Positions 57,143 through 64,000 of a DNA stretch of 64,000 bases are shown here, one piece after another (within the stretch, counting starts at the first letter, position 1; each line of letters opens with the position of its first letter). A program made the translations under genes and the position numbers. This stretch comes from Corallococcus sp. AB011P (lineage in GTDB: Bacteria; Myxococcota; Myxococcia; Myxococcales; Myxococcaceae): assembly GCF_003611605.1 (NCBI RefSeq), contig NZ_RAVX01000011.1:68811-132810 (forward strand), in the 5' to 3' direction. The notes under the pieces were generated by a model. It was not told the origin of the DNA. It did no database searches and worked only from the letters and a program-made list of their open reading frames with translations.

Positions 57143-60049
57143 GTGTCGCTCCGCCGAACAGCGCGCTTGCCAATCGCGCGGAGGCCGAGTTTTCGGCCTC
57201 CGGGAGGACCCCCTTTACAGATGCGGATCGCTCCCCAGAATGGCGCGCCTCAACTGTTCGCGCGTACGCGCGCACGCTCCAAACCGGACGGGAGGCGGGA
57301 CTTGGCGGAGGTCGCGAGGGGTTTGAAGCTGGAAGTGGAAGCGGACGCCGCGGCCATCGCGGCCCGTGCCGCGGAGGAGCTGGTGGAGGCGGGGCTGACG
57401 CCCTTCCACGAGCGGCTCCTCGCCGAGGAACTGCTCGCGCGCAGCGGTGACACGCAGCAGCGGCTGGCGAACGCGCTGGCCGAAGCGAAGGTGGACCTCA
57501 ACCCCCACCAGGTCGAAGCAGCGATGTTCGCGCTGGACGCGCTGTCGCGCGGCGGCTGCATGCTCGCGGACGAGGTGGGCCTGGGGAAGACCATCGAGGC
57601 GGGCCTCGTCATCGCCCAGCTCATGGCGGAGGGGAAGAACCGCATCCTCATCCTGGCCCCCGCGGTGCTGCGCGCGCAGTGGAACGCTGAGCTGCGCGAG
57701 AAGTTCGACCTGGACAGCGTCCTCGTCGACGGCCGCGACGTGAAGAAGCACAACAACTGCTTCGATCAGCCCTTCCCCGTCATCTGCTCGCACCCGTTCG
57801 CGGCGAACCGCTCCGCGCTCGTGTCGGAGATTCCGTGGGACCTGATCATCATCGACGAGGCCCACCGGCTCCGGAACGCGCACCGTCCCAACAACAAGAC
57901 GGGCCAGGCGCTGCGCGCGTCGCTGGCGGGCCGCCCCAAGCTGCTGCTCACCGCCACCCCGCTCCAGAATGACCTGATGGAGCTGTTCGGCCTGATGTCG
58001 CTCCTGGACGAGCAGATCCTGGGCCCCGAGCACGCCTTCCGCAGCCGCTACCGCGCGGACGAGGGCGGCGGCATGACGGAGGCCGCCGCGTGTGAGCTCA
58101 AGGAGCGGCTGGCCCCGGTGGTGCAACGCACGCTGCGCCGTCAGGTGCGCGAGTACGTCCGCTACACCAACCGCCGCAGCATCGTGGAGGACTTCCTCCC
58201 CTCCCCCGAGGAGCACGACCTCTACGAGAAGGTCAGTGAGTACCTGCAGCGCTCGGAGGCCGCGGCCATCGAGCCGGGCAAGAAGACGCTCCTGACGCTG
58301 TGCTACCGCAAGCTGTTGGCCTCCTCCACGTTCGCCATCGCGCCCACGCTGCGGCGGCTGTCGGAGAACCTGGAGAAGCGCCTGACGGCCGCGCGACTGG
58401 GACAGCAGGCCCTGTCGCTCTTCGAGCCGGAAGAGGCCAAGCAGTTCGTGGAGGAAGGCGAGGAGTGGTCCGACGACCCCGCCAAGGCGCCCCAGGTCCG
58501 CACGCTGGAGCAGGAAGTCTGGGAGCTGCGCCAGTACGCGGACCTCGCGGACTCCATCCGCATCAACGCCAAGGGCGAGGCGCTCAAGCGCGCCCTGGAC
58601 CGCACCTTCGCGGTGATGCGCACGCACTCCTGGCCGGAGAAGGCGCTCATCTTCACGGAGTCCAAGCGCACGCAGCAGTACCTCTTCAGGCTGCTGTCGG
58701 AGCACGGCTACAAGGACAAGATCTCCCTCCTGTCCGGCGACGCGGGTGGCACGCCCGAGGAGCGCCGGGCGCTGGTGGAGGAGTTCCGCCACAAGACGCA
58801 GATCCTCATCTGCACGGAGGCCGGTGCCGAAGGCCTCAACCTCCAGTTCTGCAACCTGGTGGTGAACTACGACCTGCCGTGGAACCCGCAGCGCGTGGAG
58901 CAGCGCATCGGCCGGTGCCACCGCTACGGCCAGCAGCGCGACGTGCTGGTGGTGAACTTCCTCAACCGGCAGAACGCGGCGGACGCGCGCCTGTTCGAGC
59001 TGCTGGAGAAGAAGCTCAACCTCTTCGACGGCGTGTTCGGCGCGTCCGACGAAATCCTGGGCGCGCTGGAGAGCGGCGTCGACTTCGAGCGGCGCGTGCT
59101 GGACATCTACCAGTCCTGCCGCGACCCGAAGGACATCAACGTCGCCTTCGACAAGCTGCGCGAGGAGCTGGAGGGCACCATCAACCAGCGCATGACGTCG
59201 ATGCGCTCGGTGGTGCTGGAGCGCTTCGACGGCGACGTGCGCCGCCGGCTGCGCGTGGCGGGAGACGCGGCCAAGGAGGTCGTGGCCAAGCGCCAGCAGG
59301 AGGCGAAGGCGCTCACCGGCTCCGTGCTGGGCAGCCGCACCTCCGGACGGCTCCAGGTGGCCAAGGCCGCCTATGCGGTGCGCGACCGCACCCAGGACAC
59401 CGTCAGCTACCTGCAGCTGGACGCGGCGGGGCTCCCCTCGCGGCTGGCGCGGCTGGCCGGCAGCGAGGGCTGGTGGTTCGTCTACAAGTTCGAAACCACG
59501 GGCCTCAAGCCGGAGGAGAAGCTGGTCCACCTGGTGCTGGTGAAGGACCGGGATGGCGGCTTCCGCGCCCTGCCGCTGACGGACGGTGTCCACTTCACGA
59601 AGCTCGACGCCAAGGAAGAGAAGCGCCGGCAGCCCGCGCCGGTGTCGGTCCAGCTCATGCAAGAGCAGTCGCTCATGACCGCCAAGGATGAGCTGATTCG
59701 GGCCGCGGAACGGCGCAACGCGTTGGAGCTGGACAAGGCCAAGGAGCGCGCGGACCGCTACGTCGAGGACTGCCTGATGGAGTCCCGCGAGGTGGTGGAG
59801 TCCGCCCGCCAGGCGTGGTTCGACGCGCGCAAGGAAGTCTCCGGCATCGAGGACGTCGCGGAGCGCGCGAAGGCGCGGGCGCACTCGGACCGGCAGGAGC
59901 GCGACTACCGCCGCAAGCTGGCGTCGCTGCGCAACGAGGAGGAGAAGCGCTACGCCTCCAAGGACCGGCAGATGGCGGAGCTGGCGAACAAGGCGCGCGT
60001 GACGGAGAAGCGCACCCTCATCGCCTCCGCCTACTTCTGGCTGTCTTGA
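57143..60049 (+). CDS. SNF2-family helicase (RapA/HepA-like) with long C-terminal coiled-coil extension
   Basis: It has DEVGLGKT, DEAHRLRN, LLLTATPLQN and helicase-C NYDLPWNPQRVEQRIGRCHRYGQ. An alternative start is MRIAP at 57221. Confidence 0.85.
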   Translation: MSLRRTARLPIARRPSFRPPGGPPLQMRIAPQNGAPQLFARTRARSKPDGRRDLAEVARGLKLEVEADAAAIAARAAEELVEAGLTPFHERLLAEELLARSGDTQQRLANALAEAKVDLNPHQVEAAMFALDALSRGGCMLADEVGLGKTIEAGLVIAQLMAEGKNRILILAPAVLRAQWNAELREKFDLDSVLVDGRDVKKHNNCFDQPFPVICSHPFAANRSALVSEIPWDLIIIDEAHRLRNAHRPNNKTGQALRASLAGRPKLLLTATPLQNDLMELFGLMSLLDEQILGPEHAFRSRYRADEGGGMTEAAACELKERLAPVVQRTLRRQVREYVRYTNRRSIVEDFLPSPEEHDLYEKVSEYLQRSEAAAIEPGKKTLLTLCYRKLLASSTFAIAPTLRRLSENLEKRLTAARLGQQALSLFEPEEAKQFVEEGEEWSDDPAKAPQVRTLEQEVWELRQYADLADSIRINAKGEALKRALDRTFAVMRTHSWPEKALIFTESKRTQQYLFRLLSEHGYKDKISLLSGDAGGTPEERRALVEEFRHKTQILICTEAGAEGLNLQFCNLVVNYDLPWNPQRVEQRIGRCHRYGQQRDVLVVNFLNRQNAADARLFELLEKKLNLFDGVFGASDEILGALESGVDFERRVLDIYQSCRDPKDINVAFDKLREELEGTINQRMTSMRSVVLERFDGDVRRRLRVAGDAAKEVVAKRQQEAKALTGSVLGSRTSGRLQVAKAAYAVRDRTQDTVSYLQLDAAGLPSRLARLAGSEGWWFVYKFETTGLKPEEKLVHLVLVKDRDGGFRALPLTDGVHFTKLDAKEEKRRQPAPVSVQLMQEQSLMTAKDELIRAAERRNALELDKAKERADRYVEDCLMESREVVESARQAWFDARKEVSGIEDVAERAKARAHSDRQERDYRRKLASLRNEEEKRYASKDRQMAELANKARVTEKRTLIASAYFWLS

Positions 60050-60064
60050 GGAGCACGAGCCCCT

Positions 60065-60415
60065 TCACAGGGGCTTGAGCCGCACCCACGTCGCGCCCCA
60101 GCCTCCGTCCGCTTCGGAGGCGGTCTGGAAGCCTTCCACTTCCGGCAGCGTGGGCAGCAGGGACTGCACGGTGCGCCTCAGCGCGCCCGTGCCCTTGCCG
60201 TGGATGATGCGCACGTCGAGCACGCCCTTCTGGCGGCAGGCCCAGAGGTACTCGGTGACGAGTTCCTTCACCTCGCGAGGCTGGAAGAGATGCAGGTCGA
60301 GGTTTCCATCGACCGGAATTTCTACCGCTCCCAGCTCGCCTCCCAGCTCATCTGGCGTGGGCGGAGGCTCCGGACCCTCCGGCGGCAGGGGCGGGAGTGG
60401 CTTTCGGCGTGACAC
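60065..60415 (-). CDS. Smr-domain protein
   Basis: It is Smr-like (LDLHLF...IIHGKGTGALRRTV). Confidence 0.6.
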   Translation of the reverse strand: MSRRKPLPPLPPEGPEPPPTPDELGGELGAVEIPVDGNLDLHLFQPREVKELVTEYLWACRQKGVLDVRIIHGKGTGALRRTVQSLLPTLPEVEGFQTASEADGGWGATWVRLKPL

Positions 60416-60665
60416 CGTAGCGGGCCTCCTCCTGGCGCTGCTTCTCCTCGGCCGCCAGACGCTGACGCTCGCGCGCCAGCCGGAACTGTTCCTTGAGGCT
60501 GGTGATCTCCCCCTTGAGCGAGGTGATGTCCTCTTTCACTGCTCGCGGGTGGCTCTCATCAGTCTGGTCCACGTGATTGCCCGCACGCTTGCCCTCCGAG
60601 CCGGCTCCACCGGCGGAGGTCATCTGCATCAACAGCGCGGCCAGGGTCATCACCATCATGAGCAT
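60348..60665 (-). CDS. Small hypothetical coiled-coil protein (possible)
   Basis: It has a hydrophobic N-terminus and a heptad-like DITSLKGEITSLKEQ segment. It overlaps the Smr ORF by 68 nt in another frame, so at most one of the two extents is correct. Confidence 0.25.
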   Translation of the reverse strand: MLMMVMTLAALLMQMTSAGGAGSEGKRAGNHVDQTDESHPRAVKEDITSLKGEITSLKEQFRLARERQRLAAEEKQRQEEARYGVTPKATPAPAAGGSGASAHAR

Positions 60666-60697
60666 TCACGTAAGCAAGCGCCGTGCTCGCGCGCAAG

Positions 60698-61756
60698 TCA
60701 TGTTGCGTGAACGGCGCCTCTCTGGCCGCCCTCCTCCTTGTGTGACACGACGCGCTCCGCCAGCCGGACGGCGGACAGGGGGGCGCTCCCTTCCGCCTTG
60801 TTGTTGATGGTCACGAAGACGGGGCGGTCGCGCCGCACCGCGGCCATGCACACGCGGGCCAGCACGTCGCGGGTGCCCACGTCCTCGTCCACCAACTGGT
60901 TGAAGGGCGCGTAGCGGGCGTAGGCCTCCTCGTAGCCCAGGTTCGGCGGAAGCATCCAGCGCACCACCACGGCGCGGGCCTCGAAGGCGCGCGTGAGCTT
61001 CGCCTGCCGCGCGACGGGCGGCATGTGGGCCCACACCGCGAGCACCGGACTCACGCCCGTGTCCGCGAGCGCCTGGGCGAAGCCCTCCGTGAGCAGCTCC
61101 TCGTTGCGCACCTCCACCGCGTACAGCGGGCCCCGGGGCAGCGCGGAGAAGAACGCGTGCAGCCGCTCCACGAAGCGGCCCGCGCCGCCCAGCGCCGCGG
61201 GGTCCTGTGGCGGGAACTGGAAGACGAGCGGCCCGGCCTTGTCGCCCAGCCCTTCCAGGAACGGCGCCACCACGTGGTCCACGGCGTAGGCCGCCTGGAG
61301 GAAGCGCTCGTTCACCTGCCCCCGGTGCGCGCCGTACCGCTCGTGCACGGGGAAGCGCGCCAGCGTGCAGGCCTCGTGGGCCTTCACCAGGAAGCGGAAG
61401 CCGTCCGGCACCTGCTGCGCGTACTCGGCGAAGGTGGTGGCCGGCACCGGCGCGTAGAACGTCCGGTCGATGCCCACCGTGCGCAGCACCGGGTGGTGCG
61501 CGTAGGCAGCCAGGCCCTCGCGCGCCAGCTGGGTCGTGCTGGCCTCATGGTCATAGACGAGCCCGTTCCAACCCGGGAAGGTCCACGACGACGTGCCCAG
61601 GTAGACGCCGCGCGGAAGCTGCTCGCCCAGCATGCGCAGGCTGTCGGACGGCTCGGCGGGCCCCACCGGCTGGGTCCTGCGCCGAGACGACGCCGGGGGC
61701 TCCTCCACCGCGCCGGTGAAGAGGTCGAATTGCGCGGGACGTCGCGGTGCGCTCAT
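60698..61756 (-). CDS. DUF72 family protein
   Basis: It has the DUF72 signature GTSSWTFPGW. Confidence 0.8.
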   Translation of the reverse strand: MSAPRRPAQFDLFTGAVEEPPASSRRRTQPVGPAEPSDSLRMLGEQLPRGVYLGTSSWTFPGWNGLVYDHEASTTQLAREGLAAYAHHPVLRTVGIDRTFYAPVPATTFAEYAQQVPDGFRFLVKAHEACTLARFPVHERYGAHRGQVNERFLQAAYAVDHVVAPFLEGLGDKAGPLVFQFPPQDPAALGGAGRFVERLHAFFSALPRGPLYAVEVRNEELLTEGFAQALADTGVSPVLAVWAHMPPVARQAKLTRAFEARAVVVRWMLPPNLGYEEAYARYAPFNQLVDEDVGTRDVLARVCMAAVRRDRPVFVTINNKAEGSAPLSAVRLAERVVSHKEEGGQRGAVHAT

Positions 61757-62021
61757 GCGTGCAGCTCCTCTCCCACGGAGGGGACGGCGGGGAAGCCCTG
61801 GGAGTAATCCCCGAGCCCAGGCGATGCAGCAGGTTGCCCGGATTCAAGGGGACGTGCCAGGTTTCCGGCACGCTCTCCAGGCGGACGGGCACGCACGGAC
61901 AGTCCTCCTCCGAGCACGACGGTATGTGATTGGACCTTTGTCCAAATGCAAATGCAGTCGCCTCGCTGTAAGCTATTTAAACCGAGGAATTCAGCACTAC
62001 CCATGTAAAGCTTGAACGGGA

Positions 62022-62966
62022 TTGCAACGGCTGGGGGGCATCATGGACTGGTCGTTGACCGCGTCGCTGCTCGCGGAGCGGGACACGCGCCCCATCGTCG
62101 TGATGGACCGGCGCGGCCGCATCGAATTGGCGAACGGCGCGTTCACGTCGCTCCTGGGCCGGCCCCGTGAGGAGTTGTTGGGTCGCCGCTGGACGGATGT
62201 CTGCACACCACGCGAGCACGGGCGCGAGGTGGGACAGGCGCTGCGGGCCATCTTCACCAGCGCCGAGACCCGGCTGGAGACGGAGGTGCTCACGCGTGAC
62301 GGCGAGCGGCTGTCGGTGGAGCTGGACGTGGCCGCAGTGGGCCGCCCTCCCCTGCGGCTGGTGGCCATCATCACGCGCGCCTCTCCGCCCCTCTCCGTCC
62401 CCGAGCGCACCGTCGCCCCGGAGCCGGCCCCGGCCCAGGGGCCCCACCAGGACCTGAGCTACGAAATCTCCACCGAACTGTCGTCGTTCGGGACGCTCAA
62501 GGCGGTGTGGACCTCCGGGGAGGCGCGGCAGGAGGAGATGGTGGGCCGGCAGTGCTTCGGCGCCTTCGCGCAACGCGACGCCCCCTGCCTGGACTGCCCG
62601 CTGACGATGGCCGCGCCTGCCTCCTGGCCGCACACCATCGTGCGGCAGGCCTCCGAGCACGCCGAGGGCTATGAGGTCGTCACCGCCACGCCCACGGGCG
62701 CCGGCACCGCGCGTGTCAGCGTTCACACCATCGGTGATGAAACACTCAGCGGCCTCTTCGAGGCGAAGGTGCGGCGCATGGCGAACGCCGCGCGGCTGTC
62801 CGAGCGGGAAGGCGATGTCTTGCGATATCTCGCGCTCGGCCGCTCGCCGACCGACATCTCGACCGTGTTAGGGATTACCGAGCGCACTGTGAAATTCCAC
62901 CAGGCCAACCTGCTCCGGAAGCTGGGCGCGGAGACGCGGTACGACCTGCTTCGCCTGTTCTTCTGA
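62022..62966 (+). CDS. PAS-domain LuxR-family transcriptional regulator
   Basis: It has an N-terminal PAS-like fold and a C-terminal LuxR HTH (EREGDVLRYLALGRSPTDISTVLGITERTVKFHQANLLRKLG). An alternative start is MDWSL at 62043. Confidence 0.75.
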   Translation: MQRLGGIMDWSLTASLLAERDTRPIVVMDRRGRIELANGAFTSLLGRPREELLGRRWTDVCTPREHGREVGQALRAIFTSAETRLETEVLTRDGERLSVELDVAAVGRPPLRLVAIITRASPPLSVPERTVAPEPAPAQGPHQDLSYEISTELSSFGTLKAVWTSGEARQEEMVGRQCFGAFAQRDAPCLDCPLTMAAPASWPHTIVRQASEHAEGYEVVTATPTGAGTARVSVHTIGDETLSGLFEAKVRRMANAARLSEREGDVLRYLALGRSPTDISTVLGITERTVKFHQANLLRKLGAETRYDLLRLFF

Positions 62967-63141
62967 GCAGGGCACCTTCCCTCCGGGACAGCTTTCACGC
63001 CGTTGACTTTGGAGGATGCTGGGACTTCGACTCCGGAGTCTTGTGGGTCGGGGGGGCCGTTGCCCATGGGCAGCGCCAGTCAAATCCGTCTCATCAAACA
63101 CATACAGTCTATGTGGACTTCCGTCCAAGGGCGTGCTGTCC

Positions 63142-64000
63142 GTGAGTGACACTCCGGGCTGGGACGACGTGATGCGGGAGTTCCTCATCGAGTCCCGCGA
63201 GCACGTGCAGAGCATCGAGGCGACGGTGCTGGAGCTGGAGGCGCGGCCGGGCTCGCAGCCGTTGCTCGCGCAGCTGTTCCGGGCCCTGCACACCGTGAAG
63301 GGCACCTGCGGCTTCCTGGGCTTCAGCCGCCTGGAGGCGCTGATGCACGCCGCCGAGGAGATGCTCGGCCTGGCGCGCGACCGGCGCCTGGTGCTGGACC
63401 GCGAACGTGTGTCCACGCTCCTGGCAGCGGCGGACGCGGCGCGCGGGACGCTGGAGCACATCGAGGCGACAGGCTTGGAGCCCGCGGTGGACCACTCCGC
63501 GCTGCTCGCTCGCATGGCGGGCGCCGCGGCGGGCTCCGCGCCGCTGGAGGTGTCCGAGCCCCTGACGCCTCCGGGCGCCCTGCCCTGGCGCGGCGCCGCG
63601 ACCGGGGTGGACTCCAAGCTGCGCGTGGACGTGGCGCTGCTGGACCGGTTGATGAACCTGATGGGCGAGCTGGTGCTGGCTCGCAACCGCATCCTTCAGT
63701 GCGCGGCCTCGCCCACGCCGGGCGCGGACCTGCTCACCGCGTCGCAGCGGCTGGACGTCGTCACCACGCAGGTGCAGCAGGTGGTGATGAAGACGCGGCT
63801 CCAGCCGGTGGGCCAGGTGTGGAACCGCTTCCCCCGGCTGGTGCGGGAGCTGGCGCACGGGTGCGGCAAGCAGGTGCGGCTGCAACTGCAGGGCGCGGAC
63901 ACGGAGCTGGACAAGACGCTGGTGGAGGCGCTGCATGATCCGCTCACCCACCTCTTGCGCAACGCCGTGGACCACGGCGTGGAGACGCCCGAGCAGCGCC
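63142..64000 (+). CDS. cheA: Chemotaxis histidine kinase CheA, 5' portion (continues past the right window edge)
   Basis: It has an Hpt domain LFRALHTVKGTCGFLGF, a dimerization segment VDVALLDRLMNLMGELVLARN and a start of the HATPase N-box LTHLLRNAVDHGVE. It probably starts at the GTG at 63142 (VSDTPGWDDVMREF); ATG at 63172 is an alternative. Confidence 0.8.
   Translation, partial: MSDTPGWDDVMREFLIESREHVQSIEATVLELEARPGSQPLLAQLFRALHTVKGTCGFLGFSRLEALMHAAEEMLGLARDRRLVLDRERVSTLLAAADAARGTLEHIEATGLEPAVDHSALLARMAGAAAGSAPLEVSEPLTPPGALPWRGAATGVDSKLRVDVALLDRLMNLMGELVLARNRILQCAASPTPGADLLTASQRLDVVTTQVQQVVMKTRLQPVGQVWNRFPRLVRELAHGCGKQVRLQLQGADTELDKTLVEALHDPLTHLLRNAVDHGVETPEQR

Noticed and set aside
57215-59884. 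889-aa minus-strand ORF and 58300..59691 plus alternate frame
   Set aside because: They are antisense or alternate-frame to the SNF2 helicase, which has all canonical helicase motifs.
61025-61807. 260-aa plus-strand ORF and 61207..61719
   Set aside because: They are antisense to the DUF72 gene.
62868-63975. Minus-strand ORFs 62868..63692 and 63109..63975
   Set aside because: They are antisense to the LuxR 3' end and to cheA. The plus strand encodes an unmistakable CheA Hpt and dimerization domain.

Overview
This 64 kb window has about 70% GC and is densely coding. Gene content and order look like a Myxococcus/Corallococcus-type myxobacterial chromosome, and this assignment is an inference from gene order. 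I recognise about 60 protein genes and two tRNA genes. I found no CRISPR array, IS element or prophage. From left to right the window contains the following.

1. An ABC-transporter-dependent polysaccharide or O-antigen locus at 1-5445 on the minus strand: three glycosyltransferase-type genes and a wzt/wzm exporter pair.
2. Two tandem identical tRNA-Gly(GCC) genes followed by a terminator.
3. Housekeeping genes: pgsA, a lytic transglycosylase, nadB, a rhomboid protease, a LOG-family gene and pyrE.
4. A bactofilin cluster in the order bacN-bacO-bacP followed by a ParB-like padC-type gene.
5. An SgmT-like hybrid histidine kinase with a degenerate C-terminal GGDEF domain.
6. tlyA, dxs, ispA, a single-domain response regulator, xseB and xseA.
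7. The most notable region, a Tad-like module on the minus strand at 29231-37361. It reads, 5' to 3', Flp-type pilin, CpaB, TadB, TadC, then two FHA-TM proteins, one of them a 1032-aa protein with large tandem repeats. It resembles the Kil contact-killing apparatus of M. xanthus. No ATPase, secretin or prepilin peptidase is encoded in the window.
8. Flanking accessories: an ECF sigma/anti-sigma pair, a DUF2085 protein, an orphan pair of DppD/DppF-type ABC ATPases, two stand-alone proteins carrying only the MshEN (T2SSE_N) c-di-GMP-binding fold, a LolA-like lipoprotein and a TolQ/TolR-type proton channel pair.
9. An acyl-CoA dehydrogenase, a split hot-dog hydratase pair and a DapB-like reductase.
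10. A REC-HD-GYP phosphodiesterase, a HEAT-repeat lipoprotein fused to a cyclophilin, and a zinc-ribbon membrane protein with a start-codon or frame problem.
11. MoxR, DUF58 and an SNF2 helicase.
12. Smr and DUF72 proteins, a PAS-LuxR regulator, and the 5' part of a cheA gene running off the right edge.

Many long ORFs in the six-frame track are antisense artefacts of the high GC content and are rejected below.
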